A program made the translations under genes and the position numbers. Positions 41,501 through 50,318 of a stretch of 64,000 bases of DNA are shown here, piece by piece (position 1 is the first letter of the stretch; each line of letters opens with the position of its first letter). Source of the DNA: a bacterium (GTDB taxonomy: Bacteria > Patescibacteriota > Dojkabacteria > GCA-016699595 > JBAXKR01); NCBI GenBank assembly GCA_037131125.1, contig JBAXRR010000002.1:21605-85604 (forward strand), given 5' to 3'. The notes under the pieces were generated by a model. It was not told where the DNA came from. It saw nothing but the letters and a program-made list of their open reading frames with translations, and ran no database searches.

Positions 41501-42034
41501 ATCTCTTGAATCAATAAAAGAGTGCCTAGCATTACCTCCTCCGAGAAATGCTGGAAACGTGTGGCTAGTATTATCAATGGTAAAATCAACAACAAGAGTG
41601 TTATTTGTTAAATCTACCACAGAAACTCCTGCATTCCCTGCAACATACATAAAGTTTGTATCAGGATCTACAAAAGAATGCCATACTGAGCAAGAACCTC
41701 CACAAGTAGATAATATTGCAGGGTTAGATAATGAATCGTAATTGAAAGTATTGTTGAAACTCCTTTTAAGAACCAATCCTCCTTGAGATGTCATAAAGAC
41801 AGAGGGATCCGAATATACTCCATTCAAAAAGTTATCTGTGTAATTCGGAGTATTAAATTTCAATTCAACATCTCCGTCAGACTGGTTGAAGCTCGTATTA
41901 GTTCCAGGCGTTCCCTTAGCAAAATCGTGCCTACTTGTATCTATAAGATTTAAATCAACTGCATGTGTTAAAACAATAGGTGCAAGAACCACCAAAAAGA
42001 TAACCACTAATATGGGTAAGAACAGTTTCTTCAT
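35546..42034 (-). CDS. Giant mosaic surface protein (two beta-propeller modules, cadherin-like sandwiches, Lcl/DUF1566-like lectin domain, Kelch propeller, poly-Ser, C-terminal TM)
   Basis: 2162 aa; repeated LLYVST.GG.SVID; DWYLPSKDEL..YYWSST; INGKLYI.GG Kelch repeats; TM plus RRRKR. Confidence 0.85.
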   Translation of the reverse strand: MKKLFLPILVVIFLVVLAPIVLTHAVDLNLIDTSRHDFAKGTPGTNTSFNQSDGDVELKFNTPNYTDNFLNGVYSDPSVFMTSQGGLVLKRSFNNTFNYDSLSNPAILSTCGGSCSVWHSFVDPDTNFMYVAGNAGVSVVDLTNNTLVVDFTIDNTSHTFPAFLGGGNARHSFIDSRDPSHRLLYVSTDGGVSVIDILTGSAVDLLSASFVVNYPFDSNQSYLDTSNNLLYIVSAGGGLIVINTLTQNVVGTYNTSSSPAYLSDDYLRSFAIDPVRDLIYVGTWNGVSVIDRKGTPSDLSDDVLVTVLNTTTPAIGGNNILDLNLDNTNRLLYVSTYDGGLSVVNTIGNSLLKTYNTVSDPEIMPTDSVYKSFFGTSPNLLFIATNGGVSVIDRRDTPKDFSDDLFTAQYIQGSLTDAFLTPTNLLYLGTGGGGVTVLDIDGTYVSSADFTSQNIIDADGNSKVNIAWTSTVPTNTSLELLYSVNGGVDFTSLGTTAGSYDLPDGVVISGLLYKAVFVTNDPTATSSLNSVTISYGNAPLSKYISDTGVYTSGVLSAVSDQGGWDTLVPSSTLPSGTDITYRTRSGNTELVDGSWSAWEVPTGNPLKIISPFSKYIQYEATLTTGDQNISPVLHSVVISYQDLGTTQDLTNIEISGSPLYYSFAHGTYSYTGVIIQRGVTSITVTPIGAGVITVDGTEVASGNASQSINLISSIPKTVTVVATETGKPSKTYTIEVLLSPVAIGDSYQGGKIAYIDRTGFSGFLTGIIALDYHPWGCIGTPISGADGVSIGSGYQNTLDIIAGCAESDTAAKVARAYQEGGYTDWYLPSKDELNQLYLNKAAIGILDSDYYWSSTKYDNTYAWDEDIGSGFQETYDRDLTDNVRVIRNFAVPRSSLTNLVLSGSPSNYTFASGIYTYNGVTVANNIDSVTITPTGVGSITVDGGVVLTDQASGPITLDIGVQKTISVIVSESEKIPTTYSLYITRLATVPDSQIIQTTLDDFAKGDQGDLTNIYQSPGDIELKYFTSDYTETTRKDFRAEYLLNDRGSTSTYNADDENNVNGNVQINKGYIYSTSTNPSIANNRVIHSFLDSSDNLLYVSTDFGLSIINTNGTTIPSDDTFVMTYNKRSTPAILGNFVRHSFLDKTNPAHVLLYISTDVGLVVVDTKNTPLDQTDDVVIATYNPTNYPGSVPNKNMYHSMLVSDQIYLSTYGGGLTVINRNGTPLDPSDDTFSTYSTTSTPALVGDFVRNSFLDPATHYLYVSSFDDYKALPNDGGVTVIDTKGTQSILDDTLVKTYLTNTVPSIGRNSVVNTYLNSSNNLIYVSTQGGGLSVIDPTDNNFALTYSTSSNPAILSNNVSRSYLNTSNNYLYIATDQGISVIDTKGTKVSSDDTLVATYNTNPPSALPSLQVTDLFVDTSKNLLYSSTWEGLGVIYLDGKYNTIATYQSRNIYSENDLWTPKQNMTTARFASVTGVINGIIYVAGGAYQDAPNHYHYLNTLEAYDPIANTWTTKTSLPGNRAYASGGVINGKLYITGGWDGGGAYLNSLVIYDPVNNTWDSSKSAMPVPRRSYAAGGVVNNKLYVVGGRNESGNPISIVKEYDPTSDTWTDKTSLPDVRQNSSAATINGKLYIAGGQDLISETNSLLEYDPIGDSWAEKTPMPYQLGRATSAVITTNSTYTPNDNVSSEKLFIIGGKNLSGEPTEYMLEYNPITNKWKSSAHLDSSKTAPFDLKRRIHSSAAVVGSDVYIIGGGEDNYDGIKESGDVSKLSSVELSDRYQMEKYAIVSWTSTTPVGTSVELQYSLDFGQTYFSLGNVANKFYYLPSNSIYGFKYKAILRTNNTNITPSLDSVTVSTQEQFTSLYGGTPGEYTSTVLSAGATGGIWKTLVPQSTNPSGTNDVYQTRTGNTPTVDGTWSAWQNTTPEIPSPKSKYIQYKAILTTSNIDETPTIHEIAINYQKVQVNKVSITDINSISNIPESDSITYNLNTKTAVVKGNASSNSTVHFTKASVDSTALTNSQGKYEITLNLSTGNNTFIYYLVDDLGNISGERTLTLNVSDQVSSKTVILKKINSNLSGSSESSSSESSSSVESNSSESSNSSQSSYSSSSRSSSKSSSKSSGSILDGISSNPVMLFVICCPLLIILLIIILVIMLRRRKRDQNY

Positions 42035-42105
42035 TAAAACATAATTATGTATATACCAAGTACAATATACATCTATATTAAATATATATGAAGAAAACTG
42101 TAGGA

Positions 42106-42795
42106 TTATTTATTAATTTCTTTGTATTTTTTTGAATTCTTCTCAGCAGATTCTTTTCTCCAATTTTCAATATTTGCATGATTTCCAGACAGTAGAACTT
42201 CAGGAACAGAAAGCTTCTCTCCGTTAGAAGTTTCTATTACTTCTGGTCTTGTGTATTGGTCATACTCAATATATTTTTCTTCATCAAAACTTTCATGAGT
42301 AAGACTTTCTGGATTTCCTAGTGACTCATTAAGAAGTCTTGTAACAGAATCTACTATTACCATTGCTGGAATTTCTCCTCCAGATAAAACATACTCACCT
42401 ATTGAAACTTCTGTATCCATTAAGTTATCTATAACCCTTTGGTCAACTCCTTCATAATGTCCACAAACTATTAACAAATTCTCTTTACAAGAAAGCTCTC
42501 TAACATATGCTTGTTTCAATAGTTTACCTCTTGGTGAAGTGAATATTCGATAAGATTCATGTTTTGGATCTAATTCATTTACAGCTTTAAATATAGGCTC
42601 GTACGTCATAAGCATTCCTGCTCCACCTCCAAATGGTCGTTCATCAACAGTTTTATGGTTATCTGAAGTCCACTTTCTTAAATCATGTACAACAATATCT
42701 ACCACTTCTTTTTTCATGGCTCTTCCAACAATACTTGTTGAAAGTACCTCTTTAAACATATCTGGAAATATTGTAATTATTTGAATTTTTTTCAT
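42106..42795 (-). CDS. trmD: tRNA (guanine37-N1)-methyltransferase
   Basis: TIFPDMF, PFGGGAGM, SPRG, CGHYEGVDQR, SIGEYVLSGGE, YTRP, PEVLLSGNH. Confidence 0.97.
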   Translation of the reverse strand: MKKIQIITIFPDMFKEVLSTSIVGRAMKKEVVDIVVHDLRKWTSDNHKTVDERPFGGGAGMLMTYEPIFKAVNELDPKHESYRIFTSPRGKLLKQAYVRELSCKENLLIVCGHYEGVDQRVIDNLMDTEVSIGEYVLSGGEIPAMVIVDSVTRLLNESLGNPESLTHESFDEEKYIEYDQYTRPEVIETSNGEKLSVPEVLLSGNHANIENWRKESAEKNSKKYKEINK

Positions 42796-42843
42796 TAGAC
42801 AATGGTAACATGAAGATGTTTCTCAAACAAAGCTTGGAAATAC

Positions 42844-45663
42844 TTACTTTGAACGAGATTCAGATTTGAACTTCTTGAACTTAATTCTTTTTAAAATTAT
42901 TAATCCTGAAGGAATTAATATGACCAAAGAACTTAGTAATCCATAGTTAATACTTTCTCCAGTTACTGCTAATATCTTAGGTTCTTCTGATTTATTCTCG
43001 TTATATACACCAAGAAAAACAGTCTTTTCCCTACTATCTAGCTTCTCTACATTCTCGTTTTGAGAGATACTTTCTATCTCAGATAAATTTCCACTTCCAA
43101 GATTTGAGTTCTTAAATATAAAGGTATACTCGATTGGGCTACTAACAAAAGAGTATTCGAAAGGTTTAGAAAATTTAACACTAATTACTTTGTTATATGG
43201 AACACAGTTTAAAGTAAACTTTCCTTTGTCATCTGTAATTAGGTCATATGAAGAATCCGAAAATTGTTTTCCCCAACTAATAGATACTTTTGACTTCTGG
43301 CTATTAAGTAGTTTTTCAGAAGAATCGACTTGACCATTTCTGTTTTCATCTTCCCAAGCTATTCCAGATACACTTGCACATCTTAAGTTAGCACTACTTT
43401 CTGCATTCTTTTCATCTTTCATATTTGTGGCCTTAATACTTACAGAATTTACAAGAAGATCGCCATCTATAAAGTCCACTTCTTTATTTATGCTCAACAT
43501 ATATTTAATTTCTCTTTTTCCATTCGCTTCTATATCTCCCAAACTCCAATTAATACTTCTGGAGTGTTCATCATAACTCCCACCAGACACTTTAAGACTA
43601 TCTACTACAGGAACTAGTGAATTTGTAAGGGTATCTTTTAAAGAAACACCCGAAGCCATACCATTCCCATTATTGACTATATCTATTTCATATCCAATTA
43701 CATCTCCAACAGTGTAGTCATTAGACCCCACAATTTTCTTACTCACAGAAAGATCTGGCTGATTTATTCCAATTTCAACATACTTAATAACCTCAGGATA
43801 GATATTTGAATTTTCATCTTTGAATGAGTATTTTATATGAAGTTTGGCACTAACTTGGTTTTCTGAATCTAATAACTTAGTTGTAAAAGTATTACTTAAT
43901 TCACTTGTTGCATTAGTCCATGTTCCATTATTAAGTATGTCTAAATTACTATCTGAACTCTTTAACTCCTGTCCTTCCATAGTCAAGATAGGAGAAAACA
44001 TAACCTTATACTTTGAAGTATTGGAGACTTCATAATTATATGTAGGAGCTTCATAATTCTCATAGTTTAACTTAGACGAATTGATGTTTATTTCTGCTTC
44101 AGCTAATTTCATATTCATTACAATTTCAGAAGAAACTTTTTCTGTATTTGTTGAATTTGTAATTTCAACTTTAGACTTTAATTCACTCGCAAGATACATT
44201 TCATTTCGATACTCAGGTAACTTCAATTTTTCTCCAAAGTCTACATTAGATACTTTAAGTTTAATCTTAATCTCTCGTTCTTCTCCTAAACCAAATTCAG
44301 GAATGTTAATTTTAACTTGTTCATCTTCTTCTAAACTATTAATTTCGTAATTACTCTTAGGATCGTTAACATCTACAGATAAGATTTTAACGTCATATAT
44401 CTTATTATCTTTTTCAATATCTGAAATAAAATTTAAACTTGGAATAGTATTCCCACTATTTCTAAGATTATATGTATATAGAAGTTCATCTCCAGGTAAG
44501 AACTCTCGACTCGTTACTTCAGTACTTCTTCCATTTTCTTTTGCAGTTAGATTCTCAACATTCTCGGTATATTTAACCTGAGTAATTAGACTTGTACCTG
44601 GAACATTCGCACTAAAGCTATATGGTATTAGTTCAACACCAAATGTTCCTTTGGTATTTCCCCAGCCTGGTTGTGCACCATATACACCGGCTGGGGAAGC
44701 CTGATCTATATCATCTCGCCAAATGACTATAGACCTGAAATCAGTTTGTGAAGAAGTATTAGGGGAAGCGACTATTTCTGTATGACGGTTAGGATCAGTT
44801 ATCTTGATTAAACCGCCAGAAATATTTAGAGGATAATTGGTGCCGAAGTTTGCAAAGTAAGAAAGAAAGATCGCAGATTTAGCCCCTATACATACGTTTT
44901 CACTATGCGTTTCTCCATTTCCCATTATGTGATTAATATTTATATTACAAAGATCATAAGAAGATACATTTTTGAGAAGTACATCATACCTAACTTTTAG
45001 ATTAGTTCCTTCCCAAATATAGTTAGGGGTAACCCTTTCAAGTTGGATAGGTTGAATTGTATTAAAGGAATAAAGAACTTTTCCAAGATCATTCGCATGG
45101 TATCCAAAACTTGTTTGAACAGGTACGGAAATTTTCTTTCCACTTCGGGAATCTTGTCCAATTGAAGTATTCCAGCTAGTTGTTCCATATGCACCTTCTG
45201 CACCAAGTTTGGTAACATCTCCTTGATCTGGATTTGATTTCGACATAAACAAATCTGCAGAGTTTACGTATACACCATGAGAAGTATAGTTCCAGACCCA
45301 CATTCCAACATCTACTTTTGTATTAGGTGGGACTGCAACTAAGTCTGCAATATTCTCATATCTTCTTGCATCTGGGTAGTAAGGAGTAGCAACATCTGTG
45401 AATCGGTGTGTTGTTACCCAGTTCGTATCTACACCTCTTACATCTGCTGGGTTATAGTCCACATTGTTTCCAAGAGATGAATAACTAACTCCATTAACAT
45501 TCGAGAATTTACAATTGTCTACATTGAATCCTGGATAGTAAGAATCTGCAAATACTTTTCTAATTACGCCAAAATACGGAGAGAAATATGCAAACAGTAG
45601 AAGGAGAATAAGAAAAAGCTTGAGAAAGATAAGTTGGGCAGATGAAGTTTGGTAATTTACCAC
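42844..45663 (-). CDS. Surface protein with DUF11-like and SdrD-B-like domains and LAVTG-TM sorting signal
   Basis: KVFA signal; PDLSVSK..VGDVIGYEI..NNGNG.ASGVSLKDTL; SGIAWEDENRNG; LAVTGES, TM, KRIKFKK. Confidence 0.8.
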   Translation of the reverse strand: MVNYQTSSAQLIFLKLFLILLLLFAYFSPYFGVIRKVFADSYYPGFNVDNCKFSNVNGVSYSSLGNNVDYNPADVRGVDTNWVTTHRFTDVATPYYPDARRYENIADLVAVPPNTKVDVGMWVWNYTSHGVYVNSADLFMSKSNPDQGDVTKLGAEGAYGTTSWNTSIGQDSRSGKKISVPVQTSFGYHANDLGKVLYSFNTIQPIQLERVTPNYIWEGTNLKVRYDVLLKNVSSYDLCNININHIMGNGETHSENVCIGAKSAIFLSYFANFGTNYPLNISGGLIKITDPNRHTEIVASPNTSSQTDFRSIVIWRDDIDQASPAGVYGAQPGWGNTKGTFGVELIPYSFSANVPGTSLITQVKYTENVENLTAKENGRSTEVTSREFLPGDELLYTYNLRNSGNTIPSLNFISDIEKDNKIYDVKILSVDVNDPKSNYEINSLEEDEQVKINIPEFGLGEEREIKIKLKVSNVDFGEKLKLPEYRNEMYLASELKSKVEITNSTNTEKVSSEIVMNMKLAEAEININSSKLNYENYEAPTYNYEVSNTSKYKVMFSPILTMEGQELKSSDSNLDILNNGTWTNATSELSNTFTTKLLDSENQVSAKLHIKYSFKDENSNIYPEVIKYVEIGINQPDLSVSKKIVGSNDYTVGDVIGYEIDIVNNGNGMASGVSLKDTLTNSLVPVVDSLKVSGGSYDEHSRSINWSLGDIEANGKREIKYMLSINKEVDFIDGDLLVNSVSIKATNMKDEKNAESSANLRCASVSGIAWEDENRNGQVDSSEKLLNSQKSKVSISWGKQFSDSSYDLITDDKGKFTLNCVPYNKVISVKFSKPFEYSFVSSPIEYTFIFKNSNLGSGNLSEIESISQNENVEKLDSREKTVFLGVYNENKSEEPKILAVTGESINYGLLSSLVILIPSGLIILKRIKFKKFKSESRSK

Positions 45664-45731
45664 TTCATCTATTTAATATTTAATTGCCTGGAATATATCT
45701 AAAGTGTGGTTAGAGGAATATTAAAACTAGA

Positions 45732-47810
45732 TTATTTTTTCTCAACAAAAATATCTATTTTACTTATATTTGAAGGGAACTTTCTTAAGAAATCTGGAAG
45801 ATATTGTGGGAAAAGATCAACATTTACAATACTTGTAGCAGGTTCTAAAGTTTTCAAAATAGAAGTTGCTTCACTTAATGTCTTAGATTTTAAGTCATTT
45901 TTTATTTTAGACTGATCAAGAGAAATGTAATATGAGGTATTCATTACTAGATTTATTGTTGCAACTTCCTTTTCAAATTTTGAAAGAGTATATTTTGAAC
46001 TCGAGTTTTTTATATCTATATTTCCAAGATTACTTAATCTATCCTCAGTATATGACTTTGCTAATGCTTCAATATTTGCTTTAGAAACACCTTTAACAGT
46101 AGCTTTTGCCACTATTTCATAGTCAACACTTGTAGCTTCTTGACCAACTGCTGCACTTAATTTATCTGAATCTATTTGGAAATCTACATCTGGAGTAACA
46201 ATGACGTAATTATCTGCAAACTTTGTTGTAGCTTCAGTCTTTGCTTGTACTTTAAGTGAAGCCGTTAAATCTTTCTTTAGTTTGTCTACATCAGCTTGAG
46301 AAACAACCTTGGTCTTTTTGGATGCACCTCCAGTAAATCCTGATCCAGGGTACATAGTGGCGGTTAATGAAGTACTAACAAAACCAGCGATTGAAAAAGT
46401 ACCTGTTTGCTGATTAGCAATATTAAAAGACTCACCTGCACTATTTGCAACTACCGTTGCATCTTTAGATCCCCAAGTCTCTCCTCCTATACTACTTGTT
46501 TTCTTGTTTACTGTTACTGCTGTTGTAGTTACGTAAGAATAGTTTGTTCCTGAAACCTTAATAGTAAGTTCAGTGTTTGCTGGAACAGAAATAGCTGTAT
46601 CTGTTTTGTTATAGAACGTAACTGTTCCGGTAGCTTTAGATGTTCCAACAACTTTATCTGTAGTTGTATCCAAACTTTGAGATCCATTAACACTAACTAT
46701 TAGAACTTCTAGAGGAACTGTTAAAGTTGTTAAATCAGGTGCTGTGGTTGCAACATTTGCAGATATATTCTCAGTAGCATTAAATTCAGCACTATTTTCG
46801 GAAAGCTTTATTGTTGCAGAAGGAAATACAGTAATACTTAGGAATATAAAGACAATAAACAAAAGAAGAATTGGAATAATAATCCAACCTTTACCTTTTT
46901 TAAACTTCATATTTTCAATCTTGCTTGCAAAGAATCCACTTATATTCTTCAGAAAAATACCTATCTTACTGAATATATTCCCATTACTAGAATTAATTTG
47001 TCTTTTAGTTGCTCTATCTAATAAATTTCCTGTAGCTACGTCTTCTCCTGACTTTCCATTATTAATAAATTCATTTCCATGTTTGTTGAAATTTCTATTT
47101 AAAAGATTTCCTTTCCCAACTTCATTTTCACTTTCTTCGTTATTCAAAGCAACAGCACCAACTCCACCAATAACGTCCAATTTAATATTCTCTTTCACTT
47201 CTTCAAATTCAGAAACATCACCACCTGATGCAAATACTCTATCTCCAATTTTATGCACCCTAGCAGGAAGTCTTTTGGTCTTTTTGTATAAATCATAGTT
47301 TATACTTTGTGTTTCCCTCTTATCTTTAATTTCTTCTTGAACTTTTGCATGTGTAATTTCATTTGCTACTTCTCTTTCTGCCTGATCAATTATTTCATCT
47401 ACTCTCTGAGTTTCCTTCTCCTCAATTTCGCTCTTTTGAAGATTTCTTTTTTCAAGAAGATCAGATTTTTTCTTACTTTGCTCTCTTAGTGCTTCATCTA
47501 TTTTCATTCTCGCAGACTGCCACATATTTTCAGTTATTTCATTGGCATTTTTTACAACTTCGAGATTAAGCTTTTTTATCATGGAGAAGCCATGTTCGTC
47601 TTTGACAATAAATACAGATGCCTTGTCTGTAACAAGAAGTTCTTTATATAGGATCTTTATACTAATAAGACTAGATAGAAGCATAGCGTTATCTGGGATA
47701 ATTAGAACAACTCTTTCAGATAAAGCATTTCTAACCTTCTCAGCAACAAAGGTTATTTCGTCATCTAGTTCAACAAATATTTTTTCAGGTTCTGTTATCT
47801 TTTGTATCAT
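45732..47810 (-). CDS. Bitopic membrane protein with extracellular baseplate-J-like domain
   Basis: Cytoplasmic N-domain (IFVELDDEIT..VVLIIP), charged linker, TM, then ATGTVTFYN..VPANTEL..VVA..GESFNI..FTGG. Confidence 0.65.
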   Translation of the reverse strand: MIQKITEPEKIFVELDDEITFVAEKVRNALSERVVLIIPDNAMLLSSLISIKILYKELLVTDKASVFIVKDEHGFSMIKKLNLEVVKNANEITENMWQSARMKIDEALREQSKKKSDLLEKRNLQKSEIEEKETQRVDEIIDQAEREVANEITHAKVQEEIKDKRETQSINYDLYKKTKRLPARVHKIGDRVFASGGDVSEFEEVKENIKLDVIGGVGAVALNNEESENEVGKGNLLNRNFNKHGNEFINNGKSGEDVATGNLLDRATKRQINSSNGNIFSKIGIFLKNISGFFASKIENMKFKKGKGWIIIPILLLFIVFIFLSITVFPSATIKLSENSAEFNATENISANVATTAPDLTTLTVPLEVLIVSVNGSQSLDTTTDKVVGTSKATGTVTFYNKTDTAISVPANTELTIKVSGTNYSYVTTTAVTVNKKTSSIGGETWGSKDATVVANSAGESFNIANQQTGTFSIAGFVSTSLTATMYPGSGFTGGASKKTKVVSQADVDKLKKDLTASLKVQAKTEATTKFADNYVIVTPDVDFQIDSDKLSAAVGQEATSVDYEIVAKATVKGVSKANIEALAKSYTEDRLSNLGNIDIKNSSSKYTLSKFEKEVATINLVMNTSYYISLDQSKIKNDLKSKTLSEATSILKTLEPATSIVNVDLFPQYLPDFLRKFPSNISKIDIFVEKK

Positions 47811-47811
47811 A

Positions 47812-49098
47812 TTATTTATTCTTTATCTCAAGTGCCATTCTAGCAAGCGAGAGAGCTGCAACATCTGTAACATGATTAGCCTTTCCCGTCTCATCTATTA
47901 TGTCTGACAACATATCTGGTTTAATAAAATCTACTTTAGGAAATCTAGCAAAAGGCAATTCTTGTAACCACGGATAATTTAATATTTCTGTTTTAATTTC
48001 AGGAAGTAAACTTCCTCCACCACAAAGTAAAATCTGAGATGGATAATTCTCAATATCTTCAAAATCTTCTAAAGAAAGATGAATACCTCTAACTAAAGTT
48101 TTAGCATCTCTTATCATGGCCTTTCCTATTTTAATTTTCTCTACAGGTTCAAGTTTATCTTCTGAATAAAGAATCTTCTTTTCCTCAGCTATTTCATATT
48201 GTTGACCCAAAACTTGCTCTACTCTTTTTGTAAACACTCTTCCTCCAAGTGCAAACATCTTAGTACCAATAACTCCACCAGATTCAACAAGTGCTAAATC
48301 TGTTGTTCCTCCCCCAATGTCTACAAATACTGCACTAAATTTATCTGACTTCGCACCTCTGAATGCTCTGGCTATTGCATAAGGCTCCACGACAATTGCA
48401 GATATTGAAAGATCAAGAGCCTTTGCAATTGTTTTAAGTGAAGTTAAGTGAACAGATGGTGAAAATGTAGAGAAAACTCTAAATGAAACATTCTTTCCTA
48501 CAAACCCTATTGGATTATTCACTCTAAACCCATCTATGAATGTATCATTAATAACACTATCTATTTCTTCAATATTCATATTCTCCATCCCCATATCTTT
48601 TACTATTTGTTCCTTAGCTTGTGGAAATGAATTCTTACGAACATCTGCGATAACATCGTCTAATTCTTTTTGATCAATCTTAATTTCAGGGTGATCTCTT
48701 TCAAAGCTCGACATAACTGTAATTCCATAAACAAGTTCTCCCGCTATTCCGAGAATTACTTTTGTAGGAAGTGCTTCTGACTTATCTACACTAGATAAAG
48801 CTTCTCCAATTGCAAGGTCACAATTTTCGATTACATTTTGTAGATCAACTATCATGGCACCCTTCATAGCATCTGTTTGTTGTTTGGCTTTGGAATACCC
48901 CTTTATATGCACCTGTCCATTTGTTATTGAGAAGATTGCAGATTTAACATATTCTGTACCTACATCAAGTGCGATGGTATTTTCAGAAAAAGGATCTTTA
49001 TCCTTTGGTTTATTTTTTAAAAAAGAGAGATTAAACAATGTATATTTTTTTGAATTGTGATTAGAATATATACTAATCAATTTAGCTCGAGACTTCAA
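47812..49098 (-). CDS. FtsA-like actin-family ATPase; likely start TTG at 49038
   Basis: ALDVGTEYVK, VVEPYA, VDIGGGTTD, GGRVFT, AEEKK, LCGGGSLL. Confidence 0.8.
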   Translation of the reverse strand: MKSRAKLISIYSNHNSKKYTLFNLSFLKNKPKDKDPFSENTIALDVGTEYVKSAIFSITNGQVHIKGYSKAKQQTDAMKGAMIVDLQNVIENCDLAIGEALSSVDKSEALPTKVILGIAGELVYGITVMSSFERDHPEIKIDQKELDDVIADVRKNSFPQAKEQIVKDMGMENMNIEEIDSVINDTFIDGFRVNNPIGFVGKNVSFRVFSTFSPSVHLTSLKTIAKALDLSISAIVVEPYAIARAFRGAKSDKFSAVFVDIGGGTTDLALVESGGVIGTKMFALGGRVFTKRVEQVLGQQYEIAEEKKILYSEDKLEPVEKIKIGKAMIRDAKTLVRGIHLSLEDFEDIENYPSQILLCGGGSLLPEIKTEILNYPWLQELPFARFPKVDFIKPDMLSDIIDETGKANHVTDVAALSLARMALEIKNK

Positions 49099-49108
49099 TC
49101 TAACTCAT

Positions 49109-50182
49109 ATGAGATTTAGAAACTGGAAACAAGTAAAAAGAGGTAAACCTAATCTTAAAGAAGAGATCAGAGTAGTTAAATATGTAGTTCCAGAAAGGAA
49201 CACATTCAAAAGAAATCCAGCTCAGAGGAAATTTTCACTTAGAAATATTTTTAGACTTCAAGTGTTAGCACCTATTCTTCTCATACTTATAATCCTTGGA
49301 TCTGTTGGATATGTTTATGTTAATAGAGAAAAACTTGTTATTAAAACTATTAACATCTCACCTACTAAGTACATTCAAACTAATGAGATAAAGACACTCC
49401 TTGATCCAAACATAGGACAGAACTTCTTTATTATATTTCCTTCTCAAATTGAGAAAAGACTTTCACAGTTATTTGATCTCATAGATACAGTTAAAGTTGA
49501 AAAGATACTTCCAGACAAAATAAATGTAAGTATTAAAGAAAAAGATATTAAATATCTTATTGTTTCTACTTCACATAACTCAATCTGGGATAGTAACTAC
49601 AATGAAGTAAGAAATGAACTTAACAATACTAAGTTATCTCTGACAGATATATCTTACAAACTATTAAGTGGAAGACTTAACCTTGAAGATATCCCGATGA
49701 CACCTGATCAGGCACTAGCCAAAAACACCATTCTTCTTATTAAAGATGAAAAAGACAGAACTAAGAAGTTAGACGATTTTGAAAAAAAACTTATTACTTA
49801 TAGAATTACGGAACTTAAAAGATTACATAAAGATGCATACACTGAGGCAAAAAGTATTTACTTAGATAAAGCTAAAGCAAACAATGCATACAATCTAGAA
49901 CAGTTAAGTTTATTAGACGAAGTAGATCAAGATAAGACACTTGAGGATATTAAAAATTATGAGACTTTAAATAAAAGCCTTAACTTCAAACCAGAATTAG
50001 TCTTATTCAATGAATTTGGAAGAATAATCATTCTATATAACGACAAAATAATAAAAATTGATGACACAACAGATATGAACAAAGAAGTTAAAGTACTAAA
50101 CACTCTTATGGATTCACTTACAACTTCAAACACAGATTACTTCCAAGTAACAGTAACAGGTGAAAAAGTAGTAGTACTTTAA
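49109..50182 (+). CDS. FtsQ/DivIB-like POTRA-domain membrane protein
   Basis: Basic N-tail, TM, IKTINI...IDTVKVEKILPDKINVSIKE. Confidence 0.65.
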   Translation: MRFRNWKQVKRGKPNLKEEIRVVKYVVPERNTFKRNPAQRKFSLRNIFRLQVLAPILLILIILGSVGYVYVNREKLVIKTINISPTKYIQTNEIKTLLDPNIGQNFFIIFPSQIEKRLSQLFDLIDTVKVEKILPDKINVSIKEKDIKYLIVSTSHNSIWDSNYNEVRNELNNTKLSLTDISYKLLSGRLNLEDIPMTPDQALAKNTILLIKDEKDRTKKLDDFEKKLITYRITELKRLHKDAYTEAKSIYLDKAKANNAYNLEQLSLLDEVDQDKTLEDIKNYETLNKSLNFKPELVLFNEFGRIIILYNDKIIKIDDTTDMNKEVKVLNTLMDSLTTSNTDYFQVTVTGEKVVVL

Positions 50183-50318
50183 TATTGAATTTTGAAAATA
50201 TTTAAGATTCTAGTACAATCCTTACTTACATTATTAGTTAACTACTTGCGATTTCTAATGATGAAACCAAGTCTTAACTATTACATATGTAGATATTTTA
50301 TATTTCACTACTAAGAAA

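Noticed and set aside
45732-47810. Prophage or contractile injection system implied by the baseplate-J-like domain (and by Bro-N at 4113)
   Set aside because: No capsid, sheath, tube, terminase or integrase genes; the protein has a TM and housekeeping neighbours.
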